DNA of 64,000 bases. Origin: Octopus vulgaris (Eukaryota). A program made the position numbers and the translations under genes. Position 1 is the first letter of the stretch; the number at the start of each line of letters is the position of its first letter. The notes below the pieces were generated by a model. That model was not told where the DNA came from. It worked only from the letters and a program-made list of their open reading frames with translations, and made no database searches. Below are positions 50,620 through 63,539 of the stretch, in pieces. The DNA is taken from the NCBI GenBank assembly GCA_951406725.2, contig OX597817.1, positions 22,444,001-22,508,000 of the forward strand. The letters run 5' to 3'.

Positions 50620-50854
50620 TGAGAGCTTTTTTTTCTTTTTTTCCTTTTTTTTTCTTCTTTTTTCCTTTTCCTTTCCTTTTGTTTCTTTTTTCTCCTTTTT
50701 TTTTCCCCTTTCACGATCCCTTTTGATCGAAAACCTATGCCATTTTTTATGTTTCCTTTGTTTTTTTTTTCTTTTTTTTTCATCCCCCAAAAGAAAAGCT
50801 CTACCTTGTAATTTGTCCCATCTTGTGCAGCCCTGTGTGGCTAATAAAAAAACA

Positions 50855-50855
<1 letters not shown>
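50620..50855 (+). mobile_element. L1/Tx1-like LINE 3' UTR fragment
   Basis: Ends CAGCCCTGTGTGGCTAATAAAAAAACA then (TATC)n. Confidence 0.75.
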
Positions 50856-50919
<64 letters not shown>

Positions 50920-50920
50920 G

Positions 50921-51580
50921 ACATGTGGGACGAGTCGGTTTATCAGCCGGGTCTATTGTCAATATTGTCACGGCTCCTTCCTTCAAATGGGAAGAGTTAT
51001 TTTCATCATCCTTGTGGCTATGGCGAAAGAATGTATCTGGTGGACGCGTCTGAAAGGATTAGAGACAAACACTTTCCTCTCTGGACAATCTCTCATCAAC
51101 TTTTTCAAGTATCACTTGAAAAGGAAAGTGAGAGTAGAGAGGCAAGTTTTGTCTAGCGGATGTTTAAAAAAAAGATGGGTAAATGTAGCAAGGATGGCAC
51201 GTTTGAATGACGAAGCCACCTTGAGCATATTCCTATGAACCCAGAAAATTTAAAACAGAGGGTTACCTACTTGCAAACAAATGTGGTAACATGTAACATC
51301 ATTGACCAAGGTTACCGTGGTCTTTTCCGTAGGGTTTTCTTCCTATGGATAAACCTTATCTGCTTCACCCTTCACACTTTACACCATGACACTGTGATAT
51401 ATGATCCCTATTGATCGTTTTATTTCCCTTCCCCCCCCCTGTTTTTTCTTCCTCCCCATTTACGATCCCTTTTGATTGAAAACCTAACCCACCTTTTTGT
51501 TTTTCTTTTCTCTCCCCGAAAAAGAAAAGCTCTACTTTGTAATCTGTCCCGTCTGTGTGCAGCCCTAATAAAGAAACATA
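50921..51580 (+). mobile_element. L1/Tx1-like LINE, 5'-truncated copy
   Basis: Duplicates 52085-52772 (IFIILVAMAKECIWWTRLKGLE...). (TATC)n on both sides. Confidence 0.85.
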
Positions 51581-51667
51581 TCTATCTATCTATCTATCTA
51601 CCTATCTATCTATCTATCTATCTACCTACCTACCTACCTACCTACCTACCTACCTACCTACCTATCC

Positions 51668-51701
<34 letters not shown>

Positions 51702-51702
51702 T

Positions 51703-52772
51703 TGTGTCGCGTTGCTCTCAAGCAACTCTGCCGTCCTGGGTCGACCTTAAGTGACTTCAACACAACCAAAGCATTCTATAGGGGTTTAGTGGAGGGGAGG
51801 TACGACGACGAGCTCGGGGCGAACCTGGACGTCGACGAGGAATACCTGACCCGCCTGTTCAGGTCGACTTTCGGGCCAGGGCCCATGGACAACTTCCAGA
51901 GATCCCTGGCCTGGCATTGCTACCGAGAAGCGCTACCCGTTCGGGATAAGCTCTACAGACATGGCTCGAGAAACACGGGGCCGACCTTCCCGAGATGCGG
52001 TCAGAGCGACGAAACCGTTCTGCACGCACTCGTTCAGCGTCCAACAATTTCCGACCTGTGGGCTTATGTCGAACAACTGCTGTCACGTGTGGGACGAGTC
52101 GGTTTATCAACTGAGTCTATCGTCAATATTGTCACGCCTCCTTCCTTCAAACGGGAAGGAAGAGCTATTTTCATCATCCTTGTGGCTATGGCGAAAGAAT
52201 GTATCTGGTGGACGCGTCTGAAAGGATTGGAGACAAACACTTTCCTCTCTGGTCAATCTCTCATCAACTTCTTCAAGTACCACTTGAAAAGGAAAGTGAG
52301 AGTAGAGAGGCAAGTTTTGTCTAGCGAATGTTTAAAAAAAGATGGGTGAATGTAGCAAGAATGGCACGTATGAATGACGAAGCCACCTTGAGCATAATCC
52401 TATGAACCCAGAAATTGAAAACAGAGAGTTGCTTATTTGCAAAAAAAAAAAAAAAAGAAATATAAAATGTGACTTCATTGACCGAGGTTACCGTGGTCTT
52501 TTCCGTAGGCTTTTCTTTCCACGGGTAAACCTCATCTGTCCTCCCTTTACACTTCATATTGACATTTCTGTGATAACATGATCCCTATTGATCATTTTTT
52601 TCCTCTCCCCCTTTTTTTAACCCCCTTTTTTGTCCTCTTTCTCTCCTTTTACGATCCCTTTTGATCGAAACTCCCCCTTCCATTTTTTTTTTTTTTTAAA
52701 CCTTCAAAAGAAAAGCTCTACCTTGTAATTTGTTCTATCTGTGTGCAGCCCTGTGTGGCTAATAAAGAAACA
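51703..52772 (+). mobile_element. L1/Tx1-like LINE, 5'-truncated, encoding the ORF2 C-terminal zinc-knuckle region
   Basis: TTKAFYRGL...LAWHCYREALPVRDKL...FPRCGQSDETVLHALVQR...LW is a degenerate CxxC-ET-H-C (zf-RVT-like) domain. GC-rich, with a T-rich 3' UTR and AATAAA, then (TATC)n. Confidence 0.85.
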
Positions 52773-52854
<82 letters not shown>

Positions 52855-53904
52855 CATGTCTGTTGGTCTGTCAGACGGTCTACCTATCTGTCTATGTGTC
52901 TGTCGATCTATCTATTTATCTATTCGTCTGTCTGTTGATCTATTTATTTATCTATCTGTCTGGCAGTCTGTCTGTCTATGTATTTATATGAAATTGTATT
53001 GTTGTTGCTTTTTAGAAAATTAACAAGCAAAAGCTTTATACATTTCATTTCATTGACAAAATAAATTCCAGAAATGAACATTACAGGTAAAATATCAAAG
53101 GCAGTGTATGTGACGTGGGCAGAAAACGTTCTAGTTTATTTTGGCTTTGTAAATTACTACTGCTTAAGACACTATATAGTCACTAATGCATCCTTTGTAA
53201 TATATTTCAAAGTGTGCTTGGTAAATACAGGATATGTATGTATAGATAGAATTGAAAAGGTTCACTGTGGAAATATAATAATCTGAATCAAAGGGAAAAT
53301 AGTTTCCTTTGCCATTAGTGTGCATGTGTGTGTGTATGTGTCTGTGTGTATGTTTGCATGTGTGTGTGTGTGTGTGCTCGTGTGTGTTTGTATGTGCATG
53401 TGTGAGTGTGAGACATCAAAAAATGAGAAAATCAGAATGTATAGTGGTATAAAAATTTGAGGCCAACATGAAAAATGGATTCATTTAGCCAAGGAAGTGT
53501 TTCCTGTCAGATAAAAAAAAAAAAAAAGTAACAATCAACTATTTACTTTCGGTGAAAAAAAAAAAATTAGTCTCCAGAATTTGATTTTGCACCAAAAGTT
53601 AATATAATACGCGATTGGTGAACAATGACCAATGGGATTTCAAAGAAAAAAAAAAAAATCAGTCAATATCAAGCTGAAAGCATGGTCATGCTTTTCAGCT
53701 GCTCTTGTCAAAAAAAATCTCATTGAAATTAATGATGTCATTGTTAATTTATTTAGCAGAGTGGCATCTGCTGATGACCTTATAGAAGGTACCAAATCTA
53801 TACAGATATGCATTCACATATGCCGGCATAGAATCATTCATGTATATTTACACATGTGCACATGGGTGTGTGTATATATATATATATATCGCTCTCTCTT
53901 TTAA

Positions 53905-54106
53905 ACTCTTTTTACTTGTTTCAGTCATTTGACTGTGGCCATGCTGGAACACTGCCTTTAGTCGAGCAAATAAATTCCAGGACTTATTCTTTGTAAGCCT
54001 AGTACTTATTCCATCAGTCTCTTTTGCCGAGCTGCTAAGTTACGGAGATGTAAACACATCAGCATTGGTTGTTAAGTGATATTGGAGGGACAAACACAGA
54101 CACACA

Positions 54107-54180
<74 letters not shown>

Positions 54181-54460
54181 TACAACGGAAACTGAAAGAA
54201 GCCTATCATATATATATGTGTGTGTTTGTGTGTCTGTGTTTGTCCCTCCAACATCACTTGACAACCGATGCTGGTGTGTTTACGTCCCCTTAACTTAGTG
54301 GTTTGGCAAAAGAGACCAATGGAATAAGTACCAAATACACTCCCAAGGCTTTGGTCGGCCCGATGCAGTAGTAGAAGACACTTGCCCAAGGTGCCACGCA
54401 GTGGGACTGAACCCGGAACCATGTGGATGGTAATCAAGCTACTTACCACACAGCCACTCT
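53905..54460 (-). mobile_element. SINE family B with internal inverted duplication
   Basis: 54186-54332 is in the opposite orientation and pairs with 54000-54150. Confidence 0.8.
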
Positions 54461-55284
54461 TGTGCACAAACATATGTAATTCAATTAATTGTATAAAGTT
54501 CTAGCAAACAACCCACCTGAGTCAAATCTTCAAGTAAAGTCTAACCAAATACATAGTGTTGATCAAATTCAAGAATATTATATTATCACTGTTTTATGTA
54601 TTAAATTCTCTAAAAATAATACTGGTAAAACATTGTTACAATCTAGCATAAACTAAAAAGACTGAGATGTGTTTATGAGGAAACACAATGATAAGAGATG
54701 CAGCACGGAATTTTGTCAGTGAACTGGTTGCAGTCACAAAGCGACGAAAATATTTTGACAAATTAAATTTAAATGTTGAAGTGAATCTAATGGTTTTTTT
54801 TTGTGTGTGTTTCGTAAATGGCTTATAAACACCTTCCACGCTGCAATTGTTTTCGTTCCAGCACACGATCTGAGATCAGGTCACTTGCTATGCAAGTACA
54901 TCTCCGTCACAATGATAATAATATTAAGAGAAGGCAAAATATTTGACGTAAATTTATGTAATATTTGGGTGAGTTAGTCAAAACTATTTCGAGTCTGAGA
55001 AATACTTTTTCACACTACTGAATGGTTAGCCAAGTATGTTTACAGAATGTAGAAAAGCCTGGGTGAAAAGTCAGCCTATCTGTGAGTAGTTAGTGTGTTA
55101 TAAATGACTTCATGTCACTCAGTTGAGTGACCTTACTCTAGTTGTTGCATTGACTGATTAATTAAGATACAATATCACTAGCCTTGGAGTGGCAAGAGTA
55201 CTCCAATGGGAAATTCACCTTTCATTGATAGAGAGCAACAATTTGATGGGCTAAAATATTTTCTTGCACTGAAGAAAAAATGCG

Positions 55285-55540
55285 TGGAGGCATGTGGCTT
55301 AGTGGTTAAGGTGTCAGCATCATGATCATAAAGATTGTGGTTTCGATTCCTGGACTGGGCGACGCGTTGTGTTCCTGAGCAGAACACTTCATTTCACGTT
55401 GCTCCAGTCCACTCAGCTGGCAAAAATGAGTAACGCTGCAATGGACTGGCGTCCCATCCAGCTGGGGAACACATATGCCACTGAAACTGGAAAACTGGGC
55501 CCATGAGTCTGGCTAGGCTTTAAAAGGGCGTATTTATTTA
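55285..55540 (+). mobile_element. tRNA-derived SINE with Nin/Deu-like motif
   Basis: TGGCTTAGTGGTTAAGG A box, GTTTCGATTCC B box, CCAGTCCACTCAGCTGGCAAAAATGAGT core and (TTTA)n tail. Confidence 0.8.
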
Positions 55541-55789
55541 TTTATAAGAAAAAATGCCTGCCTTTTAGATGTAGTTTTTGAAATGCCAAAGATTTGTGGT
55601 GCTCTCAAGGAGAGATGATCAGTGATTGTAGGCTGTACATTTCAAGCAACTCTGATGACTCTTGTTGTGTGTTGCTCATGTTTACTGAGAATACAATAGA
55701 GTTTTCTTGATATGTGTAGTGATTTTGATTTTCCTGTTGAATGAGGCAAGACTGTCATGACCCCAACTAATAATGCTTTGCCCTTGTGT

Positions 55790-55975
55790 CAGTGCCACAT
55801 AAAAATGCCAAGTACATTTTCTACAGTGGTTAGCATTAGGAAAGGCATCCAACCATAGAAACCATGCCAAAATAGACATGAAGCCCAGGCAGTTCTTCAG
55901 CTGGTCAGCTCCTGTCAAACTGTCAAATTCATAGCAACATGGAACATGGATGTTAAATGATGATGATGATGGTAA
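55790..55975 (+). mobile_element. Diverged family C 3' end
   Basis: TTAGGAAAGGCATCCAACC...GGATGTTAAATGATGATG. Confidence 0.7.
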
Positions 55976-56474
55976 TGAGCGTCAGTGCAGATTTAGGCTC
56001 AGGTGTGTTTGTTACAAGTGGATGACACTTGGATATAAAAAGTCATGGTGGAAGAAAATATAATCATCTGTGTAGAAGTTGACATTGTCAAAATTGATGG
56101 CAAGTAGAATGTTGTTGCAGAGGTTGAAAATAGAGGGGAGAAAATGGAGTTCATTGGCAGGTAGTTTTTACAGTATACTTGCATGCTACATAATGTCGAT
56201 AGCTGCACTGATGTTGAAATCAGTGTTTCTATTTTCACCAAATTTTTAAGGGCAAAAGCTCACCAGTGAGTGACAAAGGAGAGCATATCTACAGTAAATC
56301 TGAAATACAGAACAGTGCAAGTATTCATAGCATTATAGAAGAGTGCTACTTGGCTGAGATTCCATCACCTTTGAGATATTAGGAGAGCTATAGAGCACTG
56401 GACAGTAGTTGGTCTTGGAAATTGAATACACTTTAGTCTGTTTTTAAAGATTATGGGAATATTTCAGGATTTAT

Positions 56475-56810
56475 CATCATCATCATCATCATCCTCATCA
56501 TCATCATCATCATCGGTTAACGTCTGTTTTCCATGCTAGCATGGGTTGGACGGTTTGACTGGGGTCTGAGAAGCCAGGAGGCTGCACCAGGCTCTAGTCT
56601 GATCTGACAGTGTTTCTACAGTTGGATGCCCTTCCTAATGCCAACCACTCCGTGAGTGTAGTGGGTGCCTTTTAAGTGCTACCAGCACAGGTGCTAGGTG
56701 AGGCTGGCAATGGCCACAATTGATTGGTGCTTTTTATGTGCCACTGGCATGGAAACCAGTCAAGGTGGTGACAGCATCAGCCACGTTCGGATGGTGCTTT
56801 TTACATGCCG
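56475..56810 (-). mobile_element. Family C element
   Basis: (CAT)n tail, and the body matches 11855-12200. Confidence 0.85.
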
Positions 56811-57377
56811 AATACAGTTTTGATGGGAGGATGCAAGGATGGTAGGAATAATCTACCAAGTGGCTGGTCACTTAGATATTAAAGTGGGATGTGGGCAGGT
56901 AAAGGAAAGGAAGAACTAAAGAGCATGATAGGTGGTAGAAAAAAGAGACATAATGAGTTGTCAGTGTTTGTGTAGTGAGAAGGAGGTCAGGACTGTCTAC
57001 AACATTTAGATTTGGACAGTGATTCTCAACTAGGGTTCATATGGTTCCTAGATTTTTAGGGGCTCACACAAGAAATAGTAAATTGGGGATCCACAATAGT
57101 ATCTTAAGGGCTGAAAAAAATGTTGGTTTAGTTGTATGTATTGGTATGTATTGCAAGAAACAGCTATGTTTCTTTCTCAAGTATTTTACATGGCTGTGTG
57201 ATAAGTAGCTTACTTACCAGTCACATGGTTCCAGGTTCCAGTCCCACTGCATGGCACCTTGGGCAAGTGTCTTCTACTATAGCCTCGGGCTGACCAAAGC
57301 CTTGTGAGAGGATTTGGTAGATGGAAACTGAAAGGAAGCCTGTCGTATATTTATACGTGTATATATATATATATGTA

Positions 57378-57436
<59 letters not shown>

Positions 57437-57442
<6 letters not shown>

Positions 57443-57766
57443 GAGTGTATTTTTACCTTGTTAACAATTAACACGGAAAAATAAATAAATAGTTACCAGG
57501 GCAGCAAAAATCTCACAAGTAAAGGTGTTGTAACTCCTTGTTTATAAAGGTAGAAAATTCGTGTTTACGTTGAATATTTTGAATATGAATAAAAAATGGA
57601 GTTAACGCAGGTGTAAACAAATATTTTTACTTTCGACACATGTTTCGAAAATTCCACTGATACTATTCAAAAGAATAAATGGTATAAACAATGCAATCTT
57701 CTCCTCAGGAAAGTGAAAAAAGCGAAACTCGTCAATAAGACATTTTAGCAAAAAACAATGGATTTG
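57437..57766 (-). mobile_element. Hammerhead-containing insertion in (TA)n (probable truncated PLE end, third family)
   Basis: A ~330 bp non-SINE block interrupting the central (TA)n of a family B SINE. It contains a complete hammerhead core on the minus strand. Confidence 0.7.
57629..57714 (-). ncRNA. Type I hammerhead ribozyme with enlarged stem II loop
   Basis: Minus strand reads ACTTTC-CTGAGGA-GAAGATT...AATTTTC-GAAA-CATGT-GTC-GAAAGT, giving a 6-bp stem I, a 7-bp stem II (one G-U pair) and a GUC triplet. Confidence 0.75.
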
Positions 57767-58184
57767 TATATATATATATATAAGTATATGTGTCTGTGTT
57801 TGTCTCCCTAACATCGCTTGACAACCGATGCTGGTGTGTTTATCTCCCCATAACTTAGCGGTTCGGCAAAGAGACCAATAGAATAAGTACTAGGCTTACA
57901 AAGACTAAGTCCTGGGGTCGTTTCGCTCAACTAAAGGTGGTGCTCCTGCATGGCCGCAGTCAAATGACGGAAACAAGTAAAAGAGTAAAAGAGAGTAAAG
58001 AGTTCAACATGCACAAGTTAAAATGTGAAGAACAAAATTGGAATTTTGAAAGAAGTTTTTATAAAACTAGTTTTTTAAGCATCAAATGGCTATGGGGTCC
58101 ACCGGAATAAAATAGTAATCAAAGGGGTCCACTGATGAAAACAGTGGTTGAGAACCTTAGGGGAAAAAGCGAGGGAATAGGGAG

Positions 58185-58485
58185 TGGAGGCACATGGCCT
58201 AGTGGTTAGAACAGCAGTCTCGCGGTCGAGGGATAGCAGGTTCGAATCTCAGACCGGGTGATGTGTGTTTTTATGAGCGAAACACCTAAGCTCTGAGCGG
58301 CTCTGGCAGAAGGTAATGGTGAACTTCTGCTGACTCTTTTGCCACAACTTTCTCTCACTCTTTCCTCCTGCATCTTGTAGCTCACCTGCGACGGACTGGC
58401 GTCCCGTCCAGGTGGGGAACCTATACGCCAAGGAAACTAGGAAATCGGCCCTTATGAGCCAGGCGTGGTTCGAGAAGGAACAAAT
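58185..58485 (+). mobile_element. SINE family D with TSD
   Basis: Matches 13050-13360 and is flanked by AGGGAATAGGGA on both sides. Confidence 0.9.
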
Positions 58486-58902
58486 AAGGGAATAGGGACA
58501 CATTCTTAAGTCACAGAATAAAGGATTAGGCCACTATATCTACATACCTCACAGAGTTATTGCATGTTTCTAACTAGGTGTGATGGGGAAAACTCAACCT
58601 GTCTGTATTCCTCTTTTCTTTGAGCTACCTCCCATTGACTTCAATATGTACTAGATGACCATTTATTAGTCAACTACTACAACTGACAACTACCACCTCC
58701 TATTGAAATCCTATCCTGTCCGCTGACTTATGTCTTGAACTTCTATCAAATTTAATGCACTTTAAGAAACTCTGACGAGGAAATGAGAGTAGTATTCTAA
58801 GAAGCACTGGGTTCCTAAAGATGAAATACTCTGTACCTATACGTTGAGTGCTTTGCCTAATGTTTTTTTCCCCTCATTGTTTAAAAAGAAACATACAACA
58901 AT

Positions 58903-59637
58903 AACAACTACTCACATATATTGCATGTATAAATATGTGTGTATTTGTGCCTATATATGTCTACACACACACGCACACACGTACACATACACACACATAT
59001 ATACACACATGCACATATGATGTTATATTAAGTTTCTGTTAACACACTCTTTCTCAGACACACACATACAAACACTCACACATACCTGTTATATAAGAGC
59101 ATATATATGTTTATAAATATATACATATATATATAAATACACACACACACAACAACTACACACCTATATTGCATGTATACATATGTGTGTATTTGTGTCT
59201 ATATATGTCTACACACACACACACACACATACACACATGCATATGTACACACGCACATGCACATATCATGTTGTATTAAGTTTCTGTTAACACATTCTTT
59301 CTCAGACACACACATACAAACACTCACACATACCTGTTACAAAAGAGCATATATATATATGTTTATAAAAATATACATATATATAAATACACACACACAA
59401 CAACTACCCACCTATATTGCATGTATACATATGTGTGTATTTGTGTCTATATATGTCTACACACAAACACACACACACACACACACATATGTTATATTAA
59501 GTTTCTGTTAACACACTCTTTCTCAGACACACACATACAAACACACACACATACCTGTTATATAAGAGCATATATATATATATATTTATAAAAATATACA
59601 TATAGATAAATACACACACACACACACACACACACAC

Positions 59638-59640
<3 letters not shown>
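58903..59640. repeat. Three tandem ~250 bp units built from CA/TA microsatellites and unique spacers
   Basis: TATTAAGTTTCTGTTAACACA.TCTTTCTCAGACAC recurs at ~59025, 59275 and 59495. Confidence 0.9.
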
Positions 59641-59671
<31 letters not shown>

Positions 59672-60039
59672 CAGAGTTTTGAATATTGATACAATGAATC
59701 TCATTTTATAATAAGTAAAGAAACTAGTCTATATGATCTATAGAAAACAAGTTTTAGAAATTTATTCCTTTATGTGTCATAGGTGATTTTCTGTAATTGT
59801 TACTTCTTTTTAAACTGGGGTCTGGTAAAAATAAAGAAGGAAATAACATTATATACAAGGTATATTAATTCAAATCAATAATCTTACTTTGCATTGTTCC
59901 TAGGACAGTTAATGGAATGAAGTTTTTCACCATCTAATTCTAATGGCTATGGGTTTTGCCTAATCTTTTATGATGCAGCATTAATGTTTTTTTTTTTTAA
60001 ATCTATAATACTGCTTGAAGTATTTGCCATAGCTACCTT

Positions 60040-60344
60040 GTACACACACACACACACACGTGTGCACATATGTGTATATATGTATATATATATGCACATG
60101 TATATATGCATATATATATGCATGTATACATATATGTATATACATATATGCATGTGTGTATATATGTGCATGTGTGTATGTATATATACCTATCTATCTA
60201 TCTATCTATCTATATATGTATATATATGCATATATGTATATACATATATGCATGTATGTATATACATATATGCATATATATATATATACATACATATATG
60301 CATGTGTGTATGTATATATACCTATCTATCTATCTCTCTCTCTC

Positions 60345-60411
<67 letters not shown>

Positions 60412-60653
60412 CTTACACACATACACACACACATATACATATACACATAGATATATAAGCCAGGAATGGTAGATGTATGTTAAACAATGATGATGATGAT
60501 GATATATATGTATATGTATATATATATCCATCTATCTATCTATTCCTATATATTTTACATATACATGCACATGCACACACACACACGAATATGTATATAT
60601 ACATGCATGCATATATTTATATATAAATATGTGTGTGTGTGTGTGTGTGTGTG

Positions 60654-60687
<34 letters not shown>

Positions 60688-60750
60688 TATATACACACAC
60701 ACACATATATATATATACATGAGTATATATATATATATATATACTCTTGT
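60040..60750. repeat. Compound TA/CA/TG/TATC low-complexity tract
   Basis: Read directly from the sequence. Confidence 0.9.
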
Positions 60751-61689
60751 GTGAGTTTTTGTGCTAATTTAACCCTTTCAAATTCCTGCTACCAGCAGTA
60801 CTCTTAATAAGTAAGTCAGTATCTATCATAAGTGTAAAACGTGTTATTAAATTGTTAAAAGGAGAATAGAGACACAAATATTATTAATAGAATAATACCT
60901 TAGGGAGGGCTGTTGTCATATAGACATATATATATGTGTGCACGCCCACACACGCGCGTGTTTTTGTGGTGTGTTGATAGTATATAATATGGCCATATAT
61001 GTTTATTGTATACATGTATATAAAGTACTTTATATATTATGTGTATGTATATAATTCAAATGTAATGCATATGTATAATGTAAGTACATATATGTATTTG
61101 TTGAAGACAAATAGTGTAACTTCATCTGAGTTAACAACTATCAATGAAAACCATCAACCACTAAGTGCAAGGAAAAAGAATGTACTGCTAAGGACTTGTG
61201 ATGTGAATGGCTGAAAGTTGATTGTAAAATAAGATGTGTTGTGATGGTGACTGATGAAAATACCTATGGGGAATTTCAACCGTGTTTTGTGGTCTGCTAC
61301 CACAACAGCTCCTTTATAGGATCCAGATAGCTCAAGACATCATCAGGAGGAACCACATCCAGTTTCGGCCCCTAATCCTCTACCGTTTTGATGTGGTGGG
61401 CCCCCCATCCTTTCAGAAGTGTCTTCAGCTCTGGTGTTGGGTGCATGTCTTCTTTCTCCTTCTTTCTTCTGTTCCCTGGCCTCTTCTATGTAGCATCAAC
61501 GAGTATCAGCAGGCGACTGACTGCCTTGTCAAATTTTTTTCCCTTCAAATACCTGCTACTAGGCTCCAGCAGGCAGCCTTAGCAAGTTGTCACGTGACAC
61601 TGCCTCAACTTTAACTGACCAATGAAGATTGCCTCAGTGCAACCGATAGACTACTATACCAAGTACTATACTAAGAAGATTGCCTCAGT

Positions 61690-62410
61690 GCAACAGATGG
61701 GCTACTAGGAGAGGCTAAACGTACTGAGGATCTACTCCCTGGAGAGGAGTCAGGAAATGTTATATATATGGAGGATCCTGGAAAATCTAGCACCAAACTT
61801 TGGGACTGAAAGTTATATCAATCACGAGACTTGGCCCCCATTGCATTGTTCCATGGATATTCCTCCTAGAGTAAGAGCCTAATACTTTAACAGCTTAGCA
61901 TTGAAAGGTCCCCAGCTTTTCAGTACATTGCTAAAAGGCTTCAAAGATCTATGATGTGTAGATATAATTGTCTTCAAACAGGCAACTGAACAAATTTTTA
62001 TTTGATATACCAGATGAACTCACATCATGGAAAGAAATTCAAAGAGGGACAGCTCTGTCCAACTCCCTACTTCCTTGGGGCTAATTGTGGAGACAGCACT
62101 AGGAAGTGAGTTTAAGATAAATAAGCAGTCGCATTAATGTATTTCACTACTGCCCACAAGGGGCTAAACACAGAGGGGACAAACGGATTATGTCGATTAC
62201 ATCGACCCCAGGGCGTAACTAGTACTTAATTTATCGACCCCGAATGGATGAAAGGCAAAGTCAACCTCGGCGGAATTTGAACTCAGAACATAACAGCAGA
62301 TGAAATACGGCTACGCATTTCGCCCGGCGTGCTAACGAGTCTGTCAGCTCGCCGCATTAATGGTTGTGCCCCAGCATGACCGCAGGCTCTGGCTGAAACT
62401 GGTAATAAAA
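61690..62410 (+). pseudogene. Decayed CR1-clade LINE 3' fragment, with its UTR split by a SINE
   Basis: Y*ERLNVLRIYSLERS...IWRILENLAPNFG, homologous to 9862-10293. The tail CCCCAGCATGACCGCAG..CTGAAAC is at 62370-62400. Confidence 0.75.
62141..62353 (-). mobile_element. SINE family A with TSD
   Basis: Flanked by the direct repeat GCATTAATG. Confidence 0.9.
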
Positions 62411-62762
62411 AATAAGAGAGAAAGAGAGAGAGAGAGAGAGACTAGGAATGTAATGGGAGAAAGTATTGCTTTAAGATCTCAGGTTGTTTGTTATTCTTTA
62501 CAAAACATATGAAGTAGAATCAAAGGAAGTGGCAATCTACCATATTATATACCCATTCAACTCATACCTCTTTATATTAAAAACTAAAAATGTTGAGCTT
62601 ATTTCTGAGATGATATTTGATATTTGAGTTTCATTTTCCACAGCTCTCTACTGGTTAGACATATCTGAGAAGATCTGTAACAGTGGACATCCTTTATGTG
62701 CTGATGATGCTTACTTACAACTATCACATGATGTCAAGGAAAGGAGACTGTAACACACACAC

Positions 62763-62797
<35 letters not shown>

Positions 62798-62864
62798 GTG
62801 TGTGTGTGTATGTATTATGTATATATACATATATACATACATATATACATTCATGTATATATAC

Positions 62865-63292
62865 TCTTTTACTCTTTTACTCTTTTACTTGTTTCAGTCA
62901 TTTGATTGTGGCCATGCTGGAGCACCGCCTTTAGTCGAGCAAATCGACCCCGGGACTTATTCTTTGTAAGCCCAGTACTTATTCTATCGGTCTCTTTTGC
63001 CAAACCGCTAGGTGACGGGGACGTAAACACACCAGCATCGGTTGTCAAGCAATGCTAGGGGGACAAACACAGACACACAAACACAAACACACACATACAC
63101 ACATATATATATATATATACATATATACGACAGGCTTCTTTCAGTTTCCATCTACCAAATCCACTCACAAGGCATTGGTCGGCCCGGGGCTATAGCAGAA
63201 GACACTTGCCCAAGATGCCATGCAGTGGGACTGAATCCGGAACCATGTGGTTGGTTAGCAAGCTACTTATCACACAGCCACTCCTGCGCCTA
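62865..63292 (-). mobile_element. SINE family B
   Basis: Full-length, low-divergence copy. Confidence 0.92.
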
Positions 63293-63539
63293 TACATATA
63301 TATAATACATACAGATATGCATTCATACATACATACATATATACATACATATATATATATCAAAATGGAACAAAAACGCAATAGAAGGCATTAAAACGCT
63401 TGGACAGATAGATGACACAAAAGCAGTCAAGAGAAACAACAATTAGAAGGACAGGTAAAAAAAAGACAGGTCATTCTTGGCTTTCTGTCATCAGTCAAGT
63501 ACCAGAAGTCATGACCATTTTGGACATATATATATACAT

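Larger units (their letters stand above)
57190..58000 (+). mobile_element. SINE family B carrying the hammerhead insertion
   Basis: Head at 57190-57350, tail at 57790-58000. Confidence 0.88.
57018..58156. mobile_element. hAT-type MITE relic hosting nested insertions
   Basis: Left end CAGTGATTCTCAAC and right end GGTTGAGAACC, with GGGGTCCAC subterminal motifs on both sides of the nested SINE. Confidence 0.6.

Noticed and set aside
58768-58850. Additional hammerhead (ACTC-CTGACGA...GAAA...GAGT)
   Set aside because: Stem II does not abut GAAA and stem III cannot be formed convincingly.
59984-60807. YI/CV/HT-rich ORFs (also at 16817-17425 and 26329-26801)
   Set aside because: Microsatellite translations with no coding signal.
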